Below are positions 10,703 through 21,514 of a DNA stretch of 64,000 nucleotides, one piece after another (positions within the stretch are counted from its first letter, which is position 1; each line of letters starts with the position of its first letter). The notes under the pieces were generated by a model. The model had not been told where the DNA came from and did no database searches. It worked only from the letters and a program-made list of their open reading frames with translations. The position numbers were made by a program, and so were the translations under genes. This stretch comes from Piromyces finnis finn (taxonomy: Eukaryota > Fungi > Neocallimastigomycota), in NCBI GenBank assembly GCA_002104945.1, contig MCFH01000058.1, positions 62,001 through 126,000 on the forward strand. The letters are read 5' to 3'.

Positions 10703-13700
10703 TTATAAGGAATCTTTTCTCGAAGGAATTTCAATTACAAATGGTTGGTATCTGTGCTTGATTAGATTACCAACTTTATTCTTTCTAATTTTCATGGAGG
10801 AGTCGTTCGACTTATATTTTGACTTTTTAGAGTTTCTTTCAAACTCTTGTATTAATTGCTTATCTGGAATCTGATCTTCAGAAATCCAAGTGGATTTGTC
10901 AAATCCTTTCCATGATAACTTATAAAATGTTTCACCATTAACAGATTTCATCTTTTCAATTTTCTCTGGAATTTTTTCAATTAAATCTGTGTTAAGGTGA
11001 ATGTTCCTCTTCCTACGATTAGACCTGTCGTTAAACTTGTTTTCAAAGTATGGTTCTAACAATGAAACATGAAAGACTGGATGACAATTCATTGTCTTTG
11101 GAAGTTTCAATTTGAAAGCGAGAGAACTAACTTTTCCAATTATCTCAAATGGGCCAAGCATTTGAGGTGCTAATTTTCTCTTTAGGTTAGTTCCAGGAGA
11201 ATCTTTCAATAACCATACCTTCTTTCCCACTTCGAACTCCGGGGGAATCATTCTCTTCATATCGGCATATTTCTTATATGTTTCTTTTGCTTTTTCTAAG
11301 TTTTCTTTTAATAATTTAAAGTTTTCATTCATATCAATTACTCTTTGTTCAGCTCTACTAGGTCTATCATTAGCTGGAATTTCTAAGCTGAACTTTGGAT
11401 GAAAACCATAATTAGCAAAGATTGGAGATTGATTTATAGATTGTTGTAAAGTATTATTATATGCAAATTCAGCAAATGGGATAAGATCAACCCAGTTATT
11501 CTGCTTTTTATTTATAAAACAACGGAAATATTGTTCTAATATGCCGTTCACCCTCTCCGTTTGACCATCTGTCTGCGGATGGTTGGCAGTTGATAATGAA
11601 TGATTGATATTAAGAAGGTCACAAAGTCTTGACCAAAAGTCAGAAGTAAATTGCGAGCCTCTATCAGAAATGATGGAATCAGGAAGACCATGCAAACGGA
11701 AGACATTAGCAATAAAAGCATCAGCAGCAATCGAAGCAGTAGGAAGACAACGTAAAGGAATGGCGTGAGCAAATTTAGTAAATCTATCGACAACAACCAT
11801 GAGAGTTGTCATATCTCTGGACTTAGGAAGATCAACAATAAAATCAATAGAAATATCAGACCAGGGCCTACTGGGAGTGTCCAAAGGGGATAACAATCCA
11901 TAAGGCTTATGTCTGGGGACTTTGGATTTGCAACAAGTCACGCAAGATTTGATAAAAGATTTAACGTCTGAATGAAACCTTGGCCACCAAAAGTTTCTGG
12001 AAATCAGTTCAGTGGTTTTCTTAATACCGAAATGACCAGCAGCAACAGAATCATGATGAAGTTCCAAAACTCTTGTCCTAAGAGATTTAGGAACATAAAT
12101 AAGATTATTATATAACAAAAATCCTTCGTTATCAATAATAACTTTATCAATATTTTTAATAGGTGCATTACATGCAGAACCATTCATTTTAAATTGGACA
12201 ATAGAATTATACAAATCGTCATTTTTAAGTTCTAATAAAATAGAATCGATTAACGGTTTGTTATCGCTATGATGAAACGAAATAGTAAGACAAGAAACAT
12301 CAGAATTAATATTATTCTCTACATGGTCACTTCTACGAGACAGGATATCAGGCTTACCGGATTTCTTTCCAGCTCTATAAATGAGTTTAAAATCAAATCT
12401 GGATAAGAACAAATTCCATCTAATTTGTCTCTGAGATAACATTTCAGGTTTTCTAGGAAATGTTAAATTCTTGTGATCAGTATAAATTATGAACGGATGG
12501 CGTGCACCTTCTAAATAATGACGCCATTCTTCAAGAGCAACTACAATAGCTAAAAGTTCCTTGTCATATATAGGATAGTTTCTTTGACAACTCGTCAAAC
12601 TTTTAGAAAGAAATGCAATAGGATGTAATTTGCCATCAAATTCTTGAGAGAGAATAGCACCGACAGCATAATTACTAGCATCAGTTTCTACAATAAATTG
12701 TTTATTACTATCCGCATGTTTCAGAATAGGAGCTGACGTGAACAGAGATTTTAATAAAATAAAAGCGTCCTGATCTTCTTTCACCCAGTTAAAAGCAACA
12801 TTCTTTCTAGTGAGTTTGTGAAGAGGGTTTGCAATTTTAGCAAAGTCTTTAATAAAAATTCTGTAATAGTTGCATAAACCAATAAAAGACTGAACCTCTT
12901 TAACATTCTTGGGAACCGGCCAATCGAGAATTGCTTTAACTTTATTTTCATCCATTTGCAATCCATCCTTTGAAATGACATAACCAAGAAAAGTGGTTTT
13001 CTCAACATCAAACTCACATTTTTCTAATTTAACATAAAGATTATTTTCAAGTAGTTTCTTAAGTACCTTTTTAACATGCTCATGATGTTCTTCGATATTA
13101 TTAGAATAAATAAGAATATCATCAATATATGAGATAACAAAATCGTCTAAATAGTCACTAAGGACATCGTTAATGAAGTGTTGAAAAGTTGCAGGTGCAT
13201 TCTTTAATCCAAAAGGCATAACCAGATATTCAAAATGTCCATATCTAGTACGAAAAGCCGTTTTGTATTCATCACCTTCTTTAATACGAACAAGATTATA
13301 AGCGGATTTAAGGTCTAATTTAGTAAAAATCTTAGCATTTTTCACCCTATCCAAAAGGTCACTAATTAAAGGTAAAGGATATGAATTACGAATGGTAATA
13401 TCATTCAACTTTCTATAATCGATACAAAGTCTTAGGGAGCCATCCTTCTTTTTAACAAATAAAATTGGGGCACCAGCAGGAGACGATGATTTCCTAATAA
13501 AACCTTTATTTAAATTATCATCAATATATTTTTTAAGTTCCTCTCTTTCAACTTCAGTTAATGGATACAAAGGTCCATAAAATAAAGTCGAATCATCTTT
13601 AAGTTTGATTTCACAATCATAAGGTCTATGAGGAGGTAACACTTCACAATTTTTTTCATTAAACACTTCACTAAATTCTAAATATTGGGTTGGTACGTCG

Positions 13701-13933
13701 ACCAATTTATCTTTATTAATATCTTTTTCATTATCATTATTACTACATGATTCGTTATCATTATTACATGTTTCATTAATTTTTGTTACAATACATTTAA
13801 CTTTTTTATTAAAACTAATATATTCATCATCGCTATCATCTTCATCATTGATGGTTCTAACAAGGCGGCCTTTAACATATTCTTTTTCTTCATTGTTTGG
13901 GACAGAGGGATCTACTTTCGGCTTTTTGGTCAA
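10703..13933 (-). CDS. pol: C RT-RNaseH-integrase-chromodomain
   Basis: YIDD, ETDAS, HHCC/DDE, C-terminal YKLSWKGF..STW chromodomain-like motif. In frame with the upstream gag-PR ORF across a single TGA. Confidence 0.9.
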   Translation of the reverse strand: MTKKPKVDPSVPNNEEKEYVKGRLVRTINDEDDSDDEYISFNKKVKCIVTKINETCNNDNESCSNNDNEKDINKDKLVDVPTQYLEFSEVFNEKNCEVLPPHRPYDCEIKLKDDSTLFYGPLYPLTEVEREELKKYIDDNLNKGFIRKSSSPAGAPILFVKKKDGSLRLCIDYRKLNDITIRNSYPLPLISDLLDRVKNAKIFTKLDLKSAYNLVRIKEGDEYKTAFRTRYGHFEYLVMPFGLKNAPATFQHFINDVLSDYLDDFVISYIDDILIYSNNIEEHHEHVKKVLKKLLENNLYVKLEKCEFDVEKTTFLGYVISKDGLQMDENKVKAILDWPVPKNVKEVQSFIGLCNYYRIFIKDFAKIANPLHKLTRKNVAFNWVKEDQDAFILLKSLFTSAPILKHADSNKQFIVETDASNYAVGAILSQEFDGKLHPIAFLSKSLTSCQRNYPIYDKELLAIVVALEEWRHYLEGARHPFIIYTDHKNLTFPRKPEMLSQRQIRWNLFLSRFDFKLIYRAGKKSGKPDILSRRSDHVENNINSDVSCLTISFHHSDNKPLIDSILLELKNDDLYNSIVQFKMNGSACNAPIKNIDKVIIDNEGFLLYNNLIYVPKSLRTRVLELHHDSVAAGHFGIKKTTELISRNFWWPRFHSDVKSFIKSCVTCCKSKVPRHKPYGLLSPLDTPSRPWSDISIDFIVDLPKSRDMTTLMVVVDRFTKFAHAIPLRCLPTASIAADAFIANVFRLHGLPDSIISDRGSQFTSDFWSRLCDLLNINHSLSTANHPQTDGQTERVNGILEQYFRCFINKKQNNWVDLIPFAEFAYNNTLQQSINQSPIFANYGFHPKFSLEIPANDRPSRAEQRVIDMNENFKLLKENLEKAKETYKKYADMKRMIPPEFEVGKKVWLLKDSPGTNLKRKLAPQMLGPFEIIGKVSSLAFKLKLPKTMNCHPVFHVSLLEPYFENKFNDRSNRRKRNIHLNTDLIEKIPEKIEKMKSVNGETFYKLSWKGFDKSTWISEDQIPDKQLIQEFERNSKKSKYKSNDSSMKIRKNKVGNLIKHRYQPFVIEIPSRKDSL

Positions 13934-13936
13934 GCT

Positions 13937-15292
13937 TCAGTCGAGAACATCATGATCTAACTGATCATTCTTTGACTTCTTTCTTGGTTTTCTCTTTCTT
14001 TTGCCTTTATTACAATGTCTGGCACAATAACCAGAACTAAAAGCGATTTTCTTAGAGTCGTAGAAAGCATTTGGATTATGCTTCTTTATCCACGGCAAAC
14101 CAAGAATAACATCAACACCGGGGACTTGTAATCCATAAAGTTGAATTACTTCGAAGTGATTTTTGCAACGGAGCATGCACTTCTCAGTCCTTTCCCAAAC
14201 ACTAACAACTCCATCACTAACACCTGAAACACGGAATGGTTCCACTTTTTCCAAATTAATACCAAGTTCTTCAGCAAGACTTGGATTAATGAAATTTAAT
14301 TCAGAACCGGAATCAATTAAAACCTTAATTTTAACTTCCGAAACTTCATTGGTACTCAAGTAAAAGTCCACAAGGTTTAAATCACTTTTCACTCCCTTGA
14401 CTCCAACTTTGTAAATTTTTGGATTAACAATTTTTGGAGTCCTTTCTTTAACAATTCTTAACACTTTTCTGGGCTTTACTCTATTAGGACAATTAAACTT
14501 TAAATGTCCCGGTTGTTTACAAAGAAAACATAACCCTTTTTTCTTTTCTTCTTCAAAGTTATCTATGTTTTCATTGTAATTTTTACTTGATCCTTGAATA
14601 TTCACATACCTTTTTCGTTTATTCTCTCTACTAATTTTAAATACATCCACATCCATAGGATCATTAGCCCTTCTACCATTAAAATAAAATTCACTTAAAG
14701 AATTCCTTTTCATCATATCTTCAACTAAAATAGTTGAAGAAATCAATTGTTCAATTGAAGTTGGGTTTGATTCAATGAAAGCCAACTTCTCCCTAAGTGG
14801 TGGTAATAAACCTTTCAGAAACATGTAGATTTTTGCGCTATCATTAAAGCTTGAATTTTGGCTAATACGTTGAAACTCGGTAATGTAATCTAATACCTGA
14901 CCAAGTTTCCTTTGGCGAAGATTATCTAATTTTCCGTTAGCTACAACGGTATCGTATCTATAACTGCCAAAATTAGCCTTCAACCTATCTACAAATTCAT
15001 CATAATGGTTTAAAACCCCACTATTATTCTTCATCAACACTGAAGCCCATTCCAAAGGTTTACCAGAGAAGTATGATATAACGAAGTCGACCTTGACTCG
15101 ATCTGTATTGTACAGTGTCGGTCGAGTACGAAATACCAACTCCACTCTAGTTAAAAATCCATCTAATTCACGTTGTTTACCAGAGAATATCGGTGGAGCA
15201 TTAATAATGTTCCCCGAGTTCCCGGAAACACCCACATTCCTATCACCCATTTCCAAATTCAAATTTTCAAATTCACTAATTAAACCCTCCAA
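13937..15292 (-). CDS. gag: C Gag-protease
   Basis: PPIFSG gag start, CFLCKQPGHLKFNC knuckle, LIDSGS protease. Confidence 0.9.
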   Translation of the reverse strand: MEGLISEFENLNLEMGDRNVGVSGNSGNIINAPPIFSGKQRELDGFLTRVELVFRTRPTLYNTDRVKVDFVISYFSGKPLEWASVLMKNNSGVLNHYDEFVDRLKANFGSYRYDTVVANGKLDNLRQRKLGQVLDYITEFQRISQNSSFNDSAKIYMFLKGLLPPLREKLAFIESNPTSIEQLISSTILVEDMMKRNSLSEFYFNGRRANDPMDVDVFKISRENKRKRYVNIQGSSKNYNENIDNFEEEKKKGLCFLCKQPGHLKFNCPNRVKPRKVLRIVKERTPKIVNPKIYKVGVKGVKSDLNLVDFYLSTNEVSEVKIKVLIDSGSELNFINPSLAEELGINLEKVEPFRVSGVSDGVVSVWERTEKCMLRCKNHFEVIQLYGLQVPGVDVILGLPWIKKHNPNAFYDSKKIAFSSGYCARHCNKGKRKRKPRKKSKNDQLDHDVLD

Positions 15293-15497
15293 CTTACTAA
15301 AATAAATAAAATGTTTTCTTACTACTATTTCAAGTAAGTAATTTTTTTTTTTTTTTTTTTTTTTAATTATTTATAAAAGATAATTTTAGTATATCAAACA
15401 ATACAAAAGTTATTCAGACGCGTTCTGCAAAAGCAGTGTCGAACAAGTTTTGTACTACTAATCAATCCTTAATGGTTATTCTTGGTCCTTTCTTCCC

Positions 15498-15627
15498 ACT
15501 CGGCGGCGGTAGATTCAATTTCAACCCAGTAGTTATTCCTTCTTTTTTCTTCTTTTACTCGGCGGTAGACTCAATTTCAACCCAGTAGTTATTCCTTCTT
15601 TTTTCTTCTTTTACTCGGCGGTAGATA
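15498..15627. repeat. 56-bp tandem repeat (~2.3 copies) in the C leader
   Basis: Unit actcggcggtaga(t/c)tcaatttcaacccagtagttattccttcttttttcttctttt starting at 15498, 15557 and 15613. Confidence 0.9.
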
Positions 15628-15654
15628 CCCTAACGTATTCTTGGTTTTCGTTAG

Positions 15655-15666
15655 GTAATTGTTATT
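15655..15666 (-). promoter_or_regulatory. C self-priming PBS
   Basis: AATAACAATTAC (sense) is a 12/12 complement of LTR 15797-15786, which lies 35 nt after TATAAATA. Confidence 0.8.
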
Positions 15667-16268
15667 GTAATGGCGACACAGAAAGAATAGATTAGGATAT
15701 CTATTCTATTACAATAACACAAAATTTGAAAAATAAAATAAAAAATTGTTTTATAAAATATCTTTTATTATAATAGAATTTTAATAATAACAATTACATC
15801 GATAAAATGATGAAAAATATCTTCTATTTATATTTTTCCTAAATACATTTATATTATATTATAACTATTTATTTCTTATATATTATTATTTAAAATCTAC
15901 ACTAAAATCTTAATTATTAATAAATATTTAAACTATAACTATTTTTAGTAAAATACAATTGGCAATTCAAATTAAGTACTATTTAATTTGAATATGTGCC
16001 CATGTATTATTGATATATTAATCATTTATTATTTATCTATTTCTATAAAAAAACAATACTAAAACTAGGGATTTAAATTGAGAATATTAATTTACTTGTT
16101 AAACATTAAAAATAAATTAATAATTTATTTTGTTTTAAACTTTAATTATTAATAAATAAATTATGTCTCATTTTCTTTTTCTGAATATAATTTGTGTAAC
16201 TTAAACAATAATACTTGTGGCTTAAGTTACATTAAAGATATCAAACAGAGGCGTTTGATATCTTTACA
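15666..16268 (-). repeat. C 5' LTR
   Basis: TGTAAAG...ATTACA, followed by the PBS-like site and leader. Confidence 0.95.
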
Positions 16269-16591
16269 GTTTAATTAAGTACTTTACCAAAATTCTTAAA
16301 TAAAATTAATCCTAAACACTGCATATGTTTTGATTATTGAAAGAAAATAATAAACTTTAATTAATCGAGATCAAAATATATAACTTTTGTTAAATTAATT
16401 GTTAAATTAAATGTTTAATAACTTCGTTAGTAAATTACACTTTAAAAGTAAACAAATATAATAATTCATGTTATAAAATAATATAATTAAACACTTTTAT
16501 TAAAATACTAAAAATAATTATTACTTTAATTAATTGTAAAATAAACAACTTTTTATATTCTTTAACTTTTAATTATTTCTTTTATTGTTAT

Positions 16592-17197
16592 TGTAAAGAC
16601 ATCAAACGCCTCTGTTTGATATCTTTAATGTAACTTAAGCCACAAGTATTATTGTTTAAGTTACACAAATTATATTCAGAAAAAGAAAATGAGACATAAT
16701 TTATTTATTAATAATTAAAGTTTAAAACAAAATAAATTATTAATTTATTTTTAATGTTTAACAAGTAAATTAATATTCTCAATTTAAATCCCTAGTTTTA
16801 GTATTGTTTTTTTATAGAAATAGATAAATAATAAATTATTAATATATCAATAATACATGGGCACATATTCAAATTAAATGGTACTTAATTTGAATTGCCA
16901 ATTGTATTTTACTAAAAATAGTTATAGTTTAAATATTTATTAATAATTAAGATTTTAGTGTAGATTTTAAATAATAATATATAAGAAATAAATAGTTATA
17001 ATATAATATAAATGTATTTAGGAAAAATATAAATAGAAGATATTTTTCATCATTTTATCGATGTAATTGTTATTATTAAAATTCTATTATAATAAAAGAT
17101 ATTTTATAAAACAATTTTTTATTTTATTTCTCAAATTTTTGTGTTATTGTAATAGGTTAGATATCCTAATCTATTCGGTTTAGTGTCTGACTTTACA
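16592..17197 (+). repeat. C-family solo LTR, TSD GTTAT, inside the B1 3' LTR
   Basis: Reverse-complement homolog of the C LTR; GTTAT on both sides. Confidence 0.93.
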
Positions 17198-17613
17198 GTT
17201 ATTTCTAATTACTTTTATTACTTTTATTGTAAATAGTTATTAATTTTATTGTTTTAATGTAAATAGTTTAAATTTAAAAGAAAATATAAATACATGTAAA
17301 TATTCTTATTTTAATCATTATTATTATTATTAATAAAGAAATATTATATAGTTAGATTAATATTTTATAATTTTAATAATCACTTTTATACTTAAATAAA
17401 TAAAAATTTTAAATATTTAAATATTAGAAAAACAAGTGTTTCTAATAAAACAATTTAGTGTTTTAACAAAACAATTTTATTAATTTTTATAAAAACGATC
17501 TTAAATCTTAATCAATATAACTTATATAGTTATAACAAAATATATAATATAATAATCACTTTTTGAAGTAAAATTCAAAATTAAGATTATTATCAAATTA
17601 TATCATATAATAA

Positions 17614-18139
17614 TGTAATAATTATTATTATATATATTATATAATAATAATTATTATCTTCAATTTAATAATAATTAGTTATTCGATTGATAACTAATAT
17701 ATCAATCATCGTAATATTAAGTAAAACCGAATAAAATTCGGAAAAACCTTAATATCCGATTGTCCTAATATTTATTTATATCTTCTAGTTGTTTCTATAA
17801 GTTATTTCAAGATACGATACATAAATATAAAATACAAACGTAAAATAAAATACATAATGTTTCTTATAAAATGTAATACAAAAATTATTAAATAATAAAA
17901 TAAATGAATGTTTACTATTATTTTAGATAAATTACTAAATTAAATAAATAATTAATTAATATAATAATTAAATAAATTTTACATTTAGTAAATGAATAAT
18001 TAATATTAATATAAATAACTGTTTATAGTAATTTAAATGAATGTATGCTAATAATTTAAATAATTAATTAATTTAATAATTAAAAAAATAATTAAATAAG
18101 AATTAATAATTATTTATTGAATAATTATTAATTCTTACA
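17614..18139 (+). repeat. K-family solo LTR (internally deleted), TSD AATAA
   Basis: TGTAATAATT...CTTACA; homologous to 19537-20367 minus ~300 bp. Confidence 0.8.
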
Positions 18140-18141
18140 AA

Positions 18142-18646
18142 TAATACGAAGAGGATATTATCTTAATTCTATAAATGAATATAGAAAGTGATAATATTTG
18201 TATCTAAAAAAAAAAATAAAAAAAAATAAAATAAAATAAATGATTTTTATACTTGTTCATTTGCAAGTCTTTGTTAGTTTAAAATATAAAATTATTTTAT
18301 TTAATTATAAAGTTTTAATATTTAATAACTCTTGTATTATTAAATATATATATGTTATGGTTTAATACATCTTGAATGTATGTAAATATAATCACAACTA
18401 TTATTTTAATAAAATTTAATATTATTATCTAATTTTACTGGATTATTAGGAACAATTTTAAAATAAAATAATTCTATCACTATTTATACAAAATTATTAT
18501 TTTAAAGTATAATTATAAACAAATATAAACTATTTAATTTAAAAATAAATAAACAATTAAATAGACAAAAAGTTTACATTTATAGTTTTTAATTTAATAA
18601 TTTTATACATGTTAATTATTTTAATTTTCAACTATCTGTGTTTTAA

Positions 18647-18686
<40 letters not shown>

Positions 18687-18718
18687 AATTCATAATTTAT
18701 AAATTTAATTATTTATCA
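18142..18718 (+). repeat. L-family solo LTR L1
   Basis: T(a)ATACGAAG...TTTATCA; homologous to 36677-37279 and 52806-53375; contains a (TTA)n tract. Confidence 0.82.
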
Positions 18719-18722
18719 GTAA

Positions 18723-19529
18723 TGATAAATAATGCAATTAATAAATATAAAATTATTATTATACCTGATTTTTAAGTTAACCCTAAAAGTAACTTAAAAC
18801 AAGTTATAGTTTAATTAAGTACTTTACCAAAATTCTTAAATAAAATTAATCCTAAACACTGCATATATTTTGATTATTGAAAGAAAATAATAAACTTTAA
18901 TTAATCGAGATCAAAATATATAACTTTTGTTAAATTAATTGTTAAATTAAATGTTTAATAACTTCGTTAGTAAATTACACTTTAAAAGTAAACAAATATA
19001 ATAATTCATGTTATAAAATAATATAATTAAACACCTTTATTAAAACATTAAAAATAATTATTACTTTAATTAATTGTAAAATAAACAACTTTTTATATTC
19101 TTTAACTTTTAATTATTTCTTTTATTGTTATTTCTAATTACTTTTATTGTAAATAGTTATTAATTTTATTGTTTTAATGTAAATAGTTTAAATTTAAAAG
19201 AAAATATAAATACATGTAAATATTCTTATTTTAATCATTATTATTATTATTATTAATAAAGAAATATTATATAGTTAGATTAATATTTTATAATTTTAAT
19301 AATCACTTTTATACTTAAATAAATAAAAATTTTAAATATTTAAATATTAGAAAAACAAGTGTTTCTAATAAAACAATTTAGTGTTTTAACAAAACAATTT
19401 TATTAATTTTTATAAAAACGATCTTAAATCTTAATCAATATAACTTATATAGTTATAACAAAATATATAATATAATAATCACTTTTTTGAAGTAAAATTC
19501 AAAATTAAGATTATTATCAAATTATATCA
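18723..19529 (+). repeat. B-family solo LTR, TSD GTAA
   Basis: Full TGATAAAT...TATATCA copy; GTAA on both sides. Confidence 0.92.
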
Positions 19530-19536
19530 GTAAAAG

Positions 19537-20367
19537 TGTAATAATTATTATATATTTAATAATAATTATTATCTACAATATAATAATACAAATCGTAATA
19601 TGTATTATTAAATTGAGAAGTTTCTTAATAGTAAATAAAAATGAATACTTATCTTAAAGAGTTTATTATAAGTGAATTATAATAACAAACACAAAATATT
19701 AAGACTATCTTTAATGTAAATATTTTTTATGAATATAGTTTTTGAAAGGGTTATTTATTATAATTGTCTTAAAATAATAACTCTGGATTCTTTAGTGGAA
19801 TTCCAGAGTCCTTATATTTATAATTTTTTGATAATTTAAAGTTTAATAAAGAATTTCTAATCTTAACAAATAATCTTTTTAGGAAAAGACTAGAAGAAAA
19901 ACCTAAAAAGATATTCGATTGATAACTAATATATCAATCATCGTAATATTAAGTAAAACCGATTAAAATTCGGAAAAACCTTAATATCCGATTGTCCTAA
20001 TATGTATTTATATTTTCTAATTGTTTCTATAAGTTATTTCAAGATACGATACATAAATATAAAATACAAACGTAAAATAAAATATATAATGTTTCTTATA
20101 AAATGTAATACAAAAATTATTAATTAAAAAATAAATGAATGTTTACTATTATTTTAAATATATTATTAAATTAAATAAATAAATAATTAATATAGTAATT
20201 AAATAAATTTTAAATTAAGTAAATGAATAATTAATATCAATATAGATAAATGTTTATAGTAATTTAAATGAATGTATGCTAATAGTTTAAATAAATAGTT
20301 AATTTAATAATTAAAAAATAATTAAATAAGAATTAATTTATACAAAAAATAATTATTAATTCTTACA
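19537..20367 (+). repeat. K-family solo LTR K1, TSD AAAAG
   Basis: TGTAAT...CTTACA flanked by AAAAG at 19532-36 and 20368-72. Confidence 0.85.
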
Positions 20368-20372
20368 AAAAG

Positions 20373-21000
20373 TGTAAGAAATTAGATTTATTTTATAATA
20401 AATAATCTATATTTCTTATTAAAATTAATTTATTATATTTTTTATTTAACCTTTAATATTTTATTAAATTTTATTAAATTTTTTTATAATACATAATGTA
20501 TTTTAAATGTAATGTAAATTATTGTATTTAGAAAAAATCGATTATTAGAATTTTCCCGAATCCATTCGGTTTTATCTAATAATACGATGATTGATAAGAA
20601 TAGATTATCAATCGAAACTTTTCTAGTTTTTTCTTCTAATCTTTTTCTAGAAAAGAAATTTATTAAGATTAGAACTTTCTTTTATTCTTTAAGTTTTTAT
20701 ATAAAAAGACCTCTTGAGTTTCGTTTTAAAATCAAGAGTTATTATTATAAGAAATTATAATAAATAACATAAATAAATTGATACATTTTTTAACATAAAT
20801 AAAACATTCTTATAATAAAAAATATTTTAAACTCTCACACAAACGTTATTTATAGGCTATTATAATAAACTCGATAAGTATATTCTTCTTTATTTTAATA
20901 AATAGTTTCCTTATCATTATCTCATTTTAACAATTAGTGTTAAAATGTAGCTAATAATTTTATTATGTGAAATACTAATGCATATAATAAAATTATTACA
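20373..21000 (-). repeat. Diverged K-family solo LTR K2, TSD AAAAG
   Basis: The reverse complement starts TGTAATAATT and shares the cgattgataa..tatcaatcatcgta..aaaaccga core with K1; AAAAG on both sides. Confidence 0.8.
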
Positions 21001-21514
21001 AAAAGGTGTTTTTATAATATTAGTTAATAAGTTATATAATTTAGTTAATTAAGTTAGTTACTACCTCTCTATACGAGTTAATAACTAAATAAAGTTTTAT
21101 AAAAAATAATAAAAGAAAGAAAATAAATATTATAACACAAGAATAAATACAAGTATATATAAATATTATTATGAAATAAATTTACTTAAATAATTATTTT
21201 TAATTATTTCTTTTATTTATTTAGTATAATTATAATACATTAATTATTATTATAGTTACTAAATTACTTTAATACTAACGCTAAAGTATTTAACGTTAGT
21301 TTTAACTATACTATTTAACTATATTAGTTTATTTTCTTTACCACTTGATTGGGTAAAGCAAATAAACTTCCTATTTAATTAATAACCATTAATATATGGT
21401 TATACATATATCTGGCCAATAAATGGTGACCAGAATATATGGTTTCAATTGAAATATTTGTGGGCAAACTTATGGCCACAAATATTTCTTACAATGCTCC
21501 CCTAAGGAGAAAAC

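Larger units (their letters stand above)
10064..16268 (-). mobile_element. Element C: complete chromovirus-type Ty3/Gypsy with apparently identical 603-bp LTRs, TSD GTTTA
   Basis: LTRs at 10064-10666 and 15666-16268. GTTTA at 10059-63 and 16269-73. PPT AGAGAGAGAGAT at 10678-10667. Confidence 0.96.
3266..17605 (+). mobile_element. Element B1: Ty3/Gypsy, non-chromodomain (5' LTR outside window; 3' LTR interrupted by C and a C solo LTR)
   Basis: Near-identical to B2 over leader, gag and protease. The 3' LTR pieces 9973-10063, 16274-16591 and 17203-17605 reassemble into the ~810 bp B LTR. Confidence 0.92.

Noticed and set aside
15498-15627. CRISPR-like array
   Set aside because: The units are contiguous with no unique spacers, there are no cas genes, and the context is eukaryotic.
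17606-18144. RIP-like mutation (TG>TA at two LTR tips; possible CAA>TAA in D)
   Set aside because: Too few events; it would need a dinucleotide-context count across aligned copies.
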